64,000 bases of DNA from the human T2T-CHM13v2.0 reference genome, Homo sapiens. Of this stretch, positions 53,901 to 64,000 are shown piece by piece. The notes below the pieces were generated by a model that searched no databases, was not told where the DNA came from, and worked only from the letters and a program-made list of their open reading frames with translations. Within the stretch, counting starts at the first letter, position 1. Each line of letters begins with the position of its first letter. The stretch is taken from assembly GCF_009914755.1 (NCBI RefSeq), contig NC_060928.1; one strand, given 5' to 3'. The position numbers and the translations under genes were made by a program.

Positions 53901-54868
53901 GATAACCCTGCTTTGGTCTACCAGTCCTTGAGGCTTTGTGTTTTTTCTTTGTTTATGTTCTCTCTGTTGTTCAGATTGAGTAATACCTGTTCATCTGTCT
54001 TTGAGTTCGCCAATTCTTTTCTCTGTCATCTCTACCCTGCTATTAAGCCTATCCATTTAAGTGATTTTTAGTTTTGTTTTTCTTCAGTTACTGTGTTTTT
54101 CAGATCTGTGATTTCTTTTTTAAATATCCTTTTTTCTTTTGAGGAGATTTTCTATTTTTTAAATTCATTTCAACAATGTTCATAATTGTTCACTTAATAT
54201 TTTTATGATGGCTGCTTTAATATTCTTGTCAAGTTATCTTGTTGATTTCAAAGTTGGTATATCTTCATTGTATTTTTTAATACAAGCTGTGATTGTCCTG
54301 GTTATTGGTATGATTAGTGATTTTTTTATTGTATTGTAGACATTTTGGGTATTATGAGACGCTGGATCCTATACACTGTTTTTTTTCTTAACACGTAGTT
54401 TCCCTAATGCAGTGTGCAGGTTCCAGTGTGGGTGTGTGTTCAGATTCCTTTTGGGACTTGCTGATATCACCAGAGCAAAATTAGAGTATTAAATCATACT
54501 CCTCTATTCAAACAGGTGGGGAACAAGTTCAATTTTCCCTAGTTCCTACTCACACACTGTTGGTGAATGCTGAGCATGAATTTACACTACCTTGTTCTTC
54601 TAAAGTGGGATGTAATATCAGCTCACCCTTTAGCCACTGACATCATTAAGGGCAGAAGTAAAGGACCAACTTCTACCACCTCATTGCTGTGTAGTAGGAA
54701 TGGTAGCTGAGCTTTCACTAGTCCCACTGATATCAAGGAGGTGTAGAAGTTGAATATAGACTAACCCCACACTTCACCATCTTGGTCTCTTTGTGATGTT
54801 GGGTGGGAGTGGAGGATCAGCTCCCAGCTGGATCCTACTGACAGCAGCTACATAGGAGAGCAGAGCCT

Positions 54869-55379
54869 TATGAGTCCCTGCCGGGTCTGACCCACAGATC
54901 CTGGCTGAACGACGGATAAACAAATGTACTCTGACATCGATATCCCAGTGAAAGAGCAGCCTAGGGGACCGGGCTGCCAACAGACACCAAGGAGGGTTCT
55001 GTGAAGAGTCAGCAGCTGCGGCCCTGACCAGATGGCACTACAGACATTTATTCAGTATAGATATAATGACAAAGGCCTTGAGCCAACACACTTGTGGATA
55101 ATTAACATGGCCGTCCTCCGCAGAGAGAGCAGTCCTGTACGTGAATGATCAAAGGTCAGTCTTAGGAAAACATGAGTAAACAAGCTACTTAGATAAACTC
55201 CTCTGCATTCCCTTGTTATTTGCTTTTAACTATTAGGTCAAGGTAAGAGGATCAAGCTGCCTTCAGCCATAACCCTTTCCTAAAGTTTTTGCAGAACCTT
55301 CCGGCCTTCCAAGAAGGTTTGCAGTTTTCCTATAATTTTCTCTTGTAATTTCTCCCACCACGATGACCAAACTCTTACA
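54869..55379 (-). mobile_element. Solo LTR22 (HERV-K HML-5)
   Basis: Reverse complement tgtaagagtttggtcatcgtggtgggagaaatta...aaccttcttggaaggccggaagg. Near-TSD agcct / agccc. Confidence 0.8.
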
Positions 55380-55712
55380 AGCCCCACCTTACATTGTCTC
55401 ACAATCTTGTGGCTTCTGGATGGGGATGGGGCCCACTTCTCCACCAGGCTCTGCTTTCACCAGGACAAGATAAGTGGAGTATGGACTAGCCACATTGTCA
55501 AGTCTCATTGATGCTGAATGGAGTTGGAAGCTCAGCTCCCTACTGGACCACCATGACACTATCCCTGCAGGTAAATTAGAGCACTCCCTGATTCTGTGGA
55601 GCAGAGGACTGAAATTCAGCTCTCTGGGACACAATGACACTACTCTGGCAATAACATTAGGGGATCTTTTTTTTTTTTTTTTACATTAAATGGTGGATGG
55701 AAAAACAACTCT

Positions 55713-56385
55713 TGTGGCAGGCAAATTTAAAAATTGCCCCCTAAGATTTTCCTTCTTAATCCCTATGTCCATGATATAATGAGACATCTTGCCCATGATT
55801 ATGTTATGTTACATGGCAATATAGATTTTGCAGATATAATTAAGGGTGCTAATCAGTTCACATTGAGTTAATCTAAAGGGAAATTATCTGAGTGGGCCTA
55901 ATCTAATTACATGAGCTCTTTAAAAGTAGACACATTTATTCTATCTGGTAGCAGAATGGGAAAGTCAGAAATAGTCAAAGCAAAAGTAATGCATATATTT
56001 GTGCTGGCTTTAAAAATGGAAGTGCAATGTTCAAGGACAATGGTATCTAGGAGCTGAATGCAACCCCTAACCAACAGCCAGCATAAAAATGGGGACCTCA
56101 TTTCTATAACCACACAGAAATTAACTCTATCAACATAAAGTACATTGTTTTCCAGCACCCAGCTTAGAACCTATTCCAGCCAACACCTTGATTTCAGCTT
56201 TGTGAGCTCCTTAGACCAGAACTTAGTTGAATCAAACAGACTCCTATACTCCAAACTGAGTTAATAAATGGATTTTTTTAATCTACCAAATTTGAGGCAA
56301 TTTGTTATTCTGAAGTAAGAAGTGAATGCAAATGTGGTCCATGGAAGTTGCTGCTGCCATGACAAATATACAAAAATGTGGAATT
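55713..56385 (+). mobile_element. MLT1E-like MaLR LTR plus a short internal stub
   Basis: tgtggcaggc start, gattttgcagatataattaagg, ccagccaacaccttgatttcagc, aataaatgg. Confidence 0.75.
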
Positions 56386-56697
56386 GTCAATAAAAAGCCG
56401 ATATACTTCTATATTCAGTACCAGAAACAACACCCATAGAGGGGAATCTGAGTGCTGCCTGTTTTTACTGAGTGAAAGATGTAAGATCAGCTTCCCTCTA
56501 GGCTCCACCAATATTAGTAAGTAGAAGAATCTAAATGCTACCTCTTGATCCTGAGTTGTGGGAGTAAGATGGAAGATTATTTCTCTCCTTAACCCTACTG
56601 AAACAAATAAGGGGGCAAAATCAGTTTCTGTATGATATTCTACTCTGTTAGGCCACTCTTTTGCTGGCTTCCTGAGTAGAAGGAACAGACTCATATT

Positions 56698-56725
56698 GAT
56701 GTATGTGTGTGTGTGTGTGTGTGTG
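56698..56725. repeat. (TG)n microsatellite
   Basis: About 11 uninterrupted TG units. Confidence 0.9.
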
Positions 56726-56922
56726 CTGACATTGCTACTGTGTGTTTGTGATTTGGTGATCTTTTATTTCTGTGTGTATGTGTGCTTTTCGGTGGTTCCA
56801 AGTTGCAGGCAACTCCAGCACTCTTGTAGGATATATGAAAAGCATAAAGGAAACCAGGGAACTCACCCTCAGGTTGTTCTTTAAGTCTAGAGGTCCCTGG
56901 GAAGTTTATCTTCTTATTTGCA

Positions 56923-57070
56923 TGTGGTAATTGTTAATTTTATGTGTCAAGTTGATTGGGAAGTGGGGATTCCAGATATTTGGTTAAACATTATTTGGGT
57001 GTTTCTAGATGGGATTAATATTTGCACTAGCAGACTGAGTAAAGCAGATTGTATTTCCAATGTGGGGCAT
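56923..57070 (+). mobile_element. MLT2 (ERVL LTR) 5' fragment
   Basis: gttaattttatgtgtcaagttgattgg...ccagatatttggttaaacattatt...agactgagtaaagcagattg. Confidence 0.75.
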
Positions 57071-58982
57071 TTTGTGCTTTGTTTTGCCTGATAGATACAG
57101 TGAGTCCTATCCAGAAATAGGACCAGAAGGACTGTGAAGTAAATCACATAATGTTTTTCACCATACATTCAATAATATTTTTTTAATCAAGCTAGCATAG
57201 ATGACAAAGTTAGCTTTAAATAGAGAAAAAATTCCTAAGAGATGGTAGGAAATGGGGGAGTGGTATTGCCAGTGGCAATAATTAAAAGTAGAGTGAGAGC
57301 AATTGATTATATGAATAAGAGGTTCAGAGGTTTTTCTAAGACAGGTTTATTAAACTACATGATTATGTCCCTTGAGTGTCATCCCTGGATCACTACCAAA
57401 GCCATCCATAGTATAGCCCCTTACAATATGTGAATCTCATGATGGTGACCTTAATTTAATAACTTAGGGATGGCCCAGGTCATCAAACAATTACTAGAAT
57501 TTAGATTAGGACAATGCCCGATTTCTGATTTATCCTAATTCACAGTGGTATTTTGAAAGTAAAATCAATTTGTTTGCTCTAATTGAATGCTATAGTAGCA
57601 GAATATGAATGAACAAAATTGTAAATGAAGATGATCTGTGGAGATGGCTCTGGTTTTATGCTGGATATAGAGAATATGGATTAAAATAATTTGGCATTTT
57701 TAAAATTCACTGAATCTCTTTATTTATGATATGAATCACAGTTTGAAAGCTTTGTTACTGTGTGGATTTTGCAGCTATGATTCTTTGTTATCACAAAGAC
57801 TCAATAATGGAGTGTGGGGGGAAGTATAAAAGAAAGCTCTAATGGATTTCCCTGCCTCCATATCTTTGATGGTAAGTAAGTGAGCAGCAGTATTAACAAT
57901 ACGTAGGTCAGGAAAAGGAGAGAGAACCTCCTTAGATAAATTTCACCTCAAACTTGATTTCATAGAAATGCAAAGAATGCCCACAGGGATCCTTAGGATT
58001 TCAGGGCTGCTCTTTCAAAGTTTTAAAACTTTTATAGTACAAAAATGAAATATAGACTTCAGTGGAGGAAGCAATACTTTCCTATATGTTAAAGGAAAAC
58101 ACTAAATGGTTATATAAAACTGGAAGTAAACTATGTTTACAAATGCAGCCATATTGTTCTCAAATTCAGTATCAAAATCAATCAAGACAGAAAAGGTAAA
58201 GTGTCATTTACGAGCTATTCCCTCATGGTTCCTTTTTATTCAAATCACATTTGGAACCTGAATTGTGTTCTGTGATAGACAGTAACATTTGTTGAATGTA
58301 TTGGGTGGCATTTGCAATATGTCCTTACTGAAATCTCAAATCATATTTATAAAAAAAGTTCAATCAAAAAACATTTTCAACCCATTTGCTGATAATACTA
58401 TATAATCTTCATTACTTTTCTTATTTCCAAATATATGAGTTTTTCTCCAACTGACTATGGTAAAAAGGAAAAAAAATAGTATTTTTATAGAGCAGGCACA
58501 CAAGGTTTTAAGGTGTTTTTTACGTTGATGAATAATATATTGTTGGCTAGGTTTGCTGTAAGCATTGTCTAAAGTGAGCTCAAGACAGTTTTCAGGTATG
58601 AAACAAAAGAAACATATGTAAGAAAAGGGAGCCTGTATTTATATTTCAAATGAAGCTTTATTTCCTATATAGATTTTTACAAATAAAAAAGTGAAATTCT
58701 AAATAAAGTTAAAAAAGCAATATTTTCTGAACTGCTACAAAATTTAAGTTTGTCATTTCCTTTTCAACACCAGATGTTTGTTGTGCTGCCATAAAAACTG
58801 TTTATACATCAGCAAAGATTTTCAAATTGGGGAAAGATACAAGAGGTGGAGAAATGGATATGTGTATTCAATACAATGACATACAGCTAATTATTTTTCA
58901 AAATAAACTCAGTTTTTTTTTTTTGCCTGAAATGGCTTAAATTTTGCTACAATCTACAAAATAAAAAAGAATTTTGTAACCA

Positions 58983-59080
58983 CAGATGGTGTTGACGTTG
59001 CAGTGAGTCCTGATGTTGCAACTGCTCTCCTCTCCAGCCTGGATGACCGAGCAAGACCCCATCTCAATAAAAAAAAAAGA
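58983..59080 (+). mobile_element. Old Alu 3' fragment (AluJ/FRAM-like)
   Basis: gttgcagtgag...ctccagcctggatgaccgagcaagaccccatctc followed by an A tail. Confidence 0.8.
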
Positions 59081-59084
59081 AGGC

Positions 59085-59640
59085 TTTAAATGTAAATGAT
59101 TTATATTTAATATATGATAAAAAATTTCAAATTAATAGAAAAAAGATGTCTTACTCAATACATGTTGTTAGGATGACTGGCTAGCCATTTGGAAAATACA
59201 GTGAAGGTGGATTTCTCACTCCCTACACCAAAAATAATTCCAGTTGAATTAATTTTTTTAAAGGCAAATAATAAATCATGGATGAGTATTCATATTATAA
59301 ATGAATGACAAAATCCTAGAAGTTATGCAGCCTTATATTGAAATAAAATTATTATAAATAAATTCAAGAAGATAAATTCAAAAGCTAGTGCTATTTTTAT
59401 ATTTATTGAATAAGAGATAAAAAACAAATTATTTTTATTATGAAACATCAATAAATCAATCCATAAAAGAGAAACTTCTCAAATAAAAGGAGAGCAGAAA
59501 AATGAAAAACAAATTCTCAAATGATCAAACTTGCTAATAATACTATAAAAGAATATGTCTATCTATCTAATTTGTATATAGCAATAGATCTATATATTTA
59601 TGTTAGATTGGCAAAAATAATTAAAATTATTGTTGGCATA
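59085..59640 (+). mobile_element. Old L1 ORF2 3' fragment
   Basis: gactggctagccatttggaaaa, ctcactccctacaccaaaaataattccag. Confidence 0.6.
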
Positions 59641-60224
59641 AAGAAAAAAAGGTTCTGTCATATGATTTGTTATATCATTTAGGAGGACCATTTATTAATA
59701 GCCAGATGTTTTACAGTGTGCTTTGCTAAACCCTCAGCCTTAAGAATCAATATGATACAGTCACATGCATGGGGGATGGGACAACCGAAGCATATGTATA
59801 GAAAGGTTTCAGTGTTTTGAACAATTTTTTTGAAATTTTTTGCAATTTTCTTCTTTAGCAGACTAGTAATATTGGAAATATGAACTACCCATAAGACTGT
59901 ACATGTTTGTGGCAACAGCAAGAAATATTCTAAATGAATATTTAGAATTTACTGTGAAACAACAAAAAAGTTGTAAAATATTAAACATATGATTCTGTTT
60001 ATTAAAAATATAATAATATAATTTATCAAAAACATATAAACTATATAACAAAATAAATTGCCATGTTTAGTCATTTATTAAACAGATATTTTGAAAACCT
60101 ACTCTGAGACAATTATGAGATGCTGTTTTTTATTCTGTAATTATTTTACAATAATTAAGTATTGATTATTATGTAATAATTGATATGCCAACAGTTGGCA
60201 AACAAATATCTACATAGTGAAAAT

Positions 60225-62800
60225 AAACAATAAAATGAACACCTATAAATCCACAACCCAACTTAACTAGAATGTTGCCAATAGCATTACATCATCTTCT
60301 ATGCTTCTCCATACTACCATCCAAAGCTGCCTTTCAAGTTTCTCACCCCCAAATTTGTGTTCATGATTCTCTTGCTTTTCACTTTTATATTTTATTGAAG
60401 AATAACATACATACAGAAAACAGTAAAGATTGATCTATGTTGTTCATGTTGTAATAGTTTACTTATTGTTTGATAGCATTCTATGATATGCATATACAGC
60501 AATTTACATATTACTTTGTACCTGATACATATAGTTATTATTTAATTATATATATATTTTGGTGAACACATATATATATGCATTTTGTTTCATGGATAAT
60601 TAGAATTATTGGGCCAAAAAGTATAACTTGGTTCAACTTTTTCAGGCAGTGTCAAATAGTTATCAAAAGTGACTACATCAATTTACACTTTGACTATCAT
60701 TGTGAAAGTTCCAGGTAATTCACATGCACACTAATATTAGATAGTGTCATCACCACTATAGATTAAATTATTAATAAAAATATCTACTCTATTTACCTCA
60801 TGTCAATACATGGAGTATAATTATCCACAATTACATTCTATGCTTATTCATGTGAATTGCTTTGGTCAATCAAATATCATTAGGTTAGTGCAAAAGTAAT
60901 TGTGGGTTTTGCCATTAGTTTTGATGGTAAAAACCTCAATTACTTTTCCACTAACCTAATACCTTTGCCATGTAAGTAGATGAATGAGAAACACTTTCCT
61001 GGTTGGGTTCCCTATGTTGTGATTCAATAGTTTCCATAACAAGAATATGGCCAGGTTAGCCTTACTGTCTCAGAAGAATGAGAGACTTCTGGAGCAGAGC
61101 AGAAGTAGCCAATGGAGCCTGCCTTGGAATAGCCGACCTGAAATCTAGTGAGCTAAATAAATGCTTACTGTTTCCTCATGCTGATATTATGTGATTATTT
61201 CTTACATAGCACTATTTTTTATTTTGTTCTGAAAAAAGGCTTTGTTACGAACATAGCATTATTATGACCATATATAGCTAACTAATATATTAACCATTCT
61301 TTTGTGTGAAAAGTGATATTATATTGCGTTGGTTTTGGTTACTATTTTCCTGGTAACTAATGAAGTAGAACACATTTTCTTATCATGATTAGCCATTCGG
61401 ACATCCTATTTTATGACGTGCCCATCTTTTCCTCACTTTTCCACTGAGTTATCTGTGTCTTTGTAGGAGTTTTATGTATAAACTAATAATATATACATAT
61501 ATACTATATTCATGAGTATTACATGTGTGTAGTATAGATAAATAGAAATACGTGATTATTCATATTCTGTAAATGAATTATATATTTGTATTATATATAT
61601 TCTCTTACTCTATAGAATACCTTTTCACCTACATATTGTTATTTTTAATAGGTAGCTGTTAGTTACAATGTGGCTTAAATTATTATTTTTTTCATTTACC
61701 AAATGCTTTTGTGTTTTGTTTTCAAAATATTTTTATACCCTATGAATATGAAGACAGCATACACTTTATTTTTTTCTTGTTTACAGTTATTTAAATTTAA
61801 ATCAATGTTCCATGTGGAATTACATTTTATGTATTCTATGAGTTAGCTTAGCAAGATTCATGGATTTTCATATTGAATAGACCAATTTTCCATATTGAAA
61901 AACTCACATTTTCATTACTACAGTCTCATGTCACTTTTAACAAAAATCAGTGTATATAATTACAGATCTGCTATGGTTGCATGATGTAGATCCATCCTCT
62001 TTTGCTGGCTGTTTTATTTTAAGGGAGAACTTTAAGTATTGATTAGTGATTATTTAATACTTATAAACTGTGTATTATTCTAGTTTTTGTATTAGGTTTG
62101 ACAAGTTATTTTTCTAGTAAGTTGTACATTTTGTTTGTTTTCAAATTTCTACCATTCAGATTTTCATAACATCTTGTAATGATGATATTATAAAATGTAT
62201 TGCTAATTTTATTTCTTCAGGCTCTTCTTTTATTCTTTGATTTGTGCTTCCAGAAGCATGCCACTTTATTAGCTTTATCAAGAAAACATCCTTTAGGCCT
62301 ATATTTAATATTTCTTTGAGATTTTTGTTTTACTTATTTGTTTTTCTTCTTGGTTATTTAGAGTTATTTTCTTGTTAATCTAGATTTCAAACTGAATGTT
62401 AACTTCATTTATTCAAAAACTTTAGTGTTTTAATACACATTTAATGTTATCATATCCAAGTATTTATTTAGCAACATTCTATAGTTTTGAAATGTACAGT
62501 GATTATTTCAAATAATATGCAACTTATATTGTAATTTTTTTCACCCGTAAGTTATTTGTATACAAGTTGTGTATTCACTTTTGCTTGACTTTGGTTTCTG
62601 CATTTATGTATCTGATCCCTTTAAGTATATTTGTTAATGGACCTCATAAACTCTGGATTGTATTCCTGAATATTTGAATTTTGTATTGTAGATTTACCAT
62701 CCATGGATCTTTATTGTGGTCATCGTTTGTGGCCTTGAAGAAGCTACTTGCTTTCTTTTACAAAATTTGCCAAGATGTTACTCTCATGGGGCCAATTTGA
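60225..62800 (-). mobile_element. Old L1ME-like fragments with an MLT1 piece (~60830-61290) and MADE1 nested inside
   Basis: atcaatttacact, actaatgaagtagaacacattttc, ttagccattcggacatcctattt and ccatgtggaattacatttt motifs. Confidence 0.55.
60880..60959. mobile_element. MADE1 (Hsmar1-derived 80-bp MITE)
   Basis: ttaggttagtgcaaaagtaattg...caattacttttccactaacctaa; 80-bp palindrome with TA on the right flank (CA on the left). Confidence 0.92.
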
Positions 62801-63785
62801 TGATCTAGGATCATAAATTAAAGTTCAACAAACACACATTTCAATAAGTAGTGGTAAATACTCCATACAAAATTGATGAAAAGTTGGGGCAAGTTTGGCA
62901 TTACACAGTTCTAGGCCAGTATATTGGCAGCAATTATACAGTAAGGGAAACTAGAAAAAAAGGGATAAAATAGGTAGTTAGAAAGGCAATCAACAGAACA
63001 AAGGAAGGAAGGCAACAGATACTGTTCTAGGAAAGTCTATCGGTTAGACATGAGATCACAATCATCTATTATAATGCTATTGAAATTAACTCTATGCTCC
63101 ATCAAATTTTAGGTAGATGGGTGAAGGCCCTAGCTGGTTTGAGCTGAAAAAATAGATTTTCACAATATCTTGACTTCCAAGTAATAAATTCTCAGTGATA
63201 ACAGTATGACTATTAAACAAACTGAGTCTGAACTTCAAATCAAACAATTATTTACCTTCATTATTACTTACTTCTTCCTTTATATGCCTCTCTTTACTCT
63301 TTTTCTCTAACTTCACCAACCTTCACTTCTTTCATTTTATAAATCACTCTTTCTCTAATATATTTTTCTTTCCTCTTTATTTTATCTGATTCATTACTTT
63401 ATGCATCTTTTTCAGGGAATTATACATATTGGCTCTAGAAATATCCCAGGTCCTCCTAACCCCTACCACCTGCCACCAGTATCTTGTCTCTAGTCACACA
63501 CAAATATTTCAAGGTTACTTCTAGCAGCCAACAATGAGAAGATTTCTCATAGAATGTCCATTCTAAGTAAAGGACAAATGAAATAATCTTCTGTAGTTTA
63601 TAATTTCCATTTTGGAGTTCCTACATTTTCTTACAAGCTATCTGTTTTACTTGTAAATAGGCTTTCTTATTTAGGTGAAGAGATTGAGTGGTATGAGGCT
63701 GCCAGTGGCATAATTCATTGTTTGTAAGCATGCCCACAGATTTAAAAACTTTAGCAGTTTGAAAATCAGAGCAATTCAAAAACTA

Positions 63786-63790
<5 letters not shown>

Positions 63791-63846
<56 letters not shown>
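63791..63846. repeat. (TA)22(CA)6 compound microsatellite
   Basis: Directly visible. Confidence 0.95.
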
Positions 63847-64000
63847 TTTGATACAGTATGTTTCTTATATATTGTTATCTTTTCTGGGGCAATCCACAAA
63901 TTAAATTATTTGAATCCAGAAGTGTATCTTTGTTTTGGATATTAAACTTTCATATCTTACAAACCCAAAGAAAATTCTCTAAATTCTCACTATCACTTTG

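Larger units (their letters stand above)
53320..56920 (-). mobile_element. Old L1M fragments (3' UTR piece ~53320-53835, then 5'/ORF1 pieces) interrupted by LTR22 and MLT1
   Basis: tttccccagtggtaac, catgtaactaccaccacaat, cactcagcataatg, tctctctgttgttcagattg and ccagggaactcacc motifs. Confidence 0.6.

Noticed and set aside
57180-57500. Possible NUMT or processed pseudogene
   Set aside because: I could not recognise a mitochondrial or protein match, and there is no poly(A) or TSD.

Overview
This is AT-rich, CpG-poor primate genomic DNA, not prokaryotic. The AluY/S/J, THE1, HERV-H, ERV9/LTR12, MER41 and LTR22 content indicates a catarrhine, probably human or another ape. I see no host protein-coding gene, rRNA, tRNA gene or CRISPR array. 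The only recognisable coding sequences are decayed retroviral gag/pro/pol/env remnants. The window is a mosaic of old L1M/L2/MIR fragments, several solo LTRs with target-site duplications (TSDs), two MaLR THE1 proviruses, a 5'-deleted HERV-H and an aberrant ERV9 (HERV9) provirus. The strongest unexplained signal is the ERV9 at 43672-48994. It begins with a 189-bp head-to-head inverted copy of the LTR 3' end (35-nt spacer), has no U3 and no 3' LTR, ends at an internal CA, and yet is flanked by an apparent 4-bp TSD inside an older LTR. This fits integration of a folded-back reverse-transcription intermediate (inference). Other rearrangements: an apparent ~1 kb transfer between two THE1 elements 10.8 kb apart, a micro DUP-TRP/INV-DUP at 18.1-18.65 kb, an AluY-capped deletion of the HERV-H 5' end, a mosaic AluY/AluS and AT-rich palindromes. 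Repeat subfamily names are from memory of consensus sequences and were not checked against a database.
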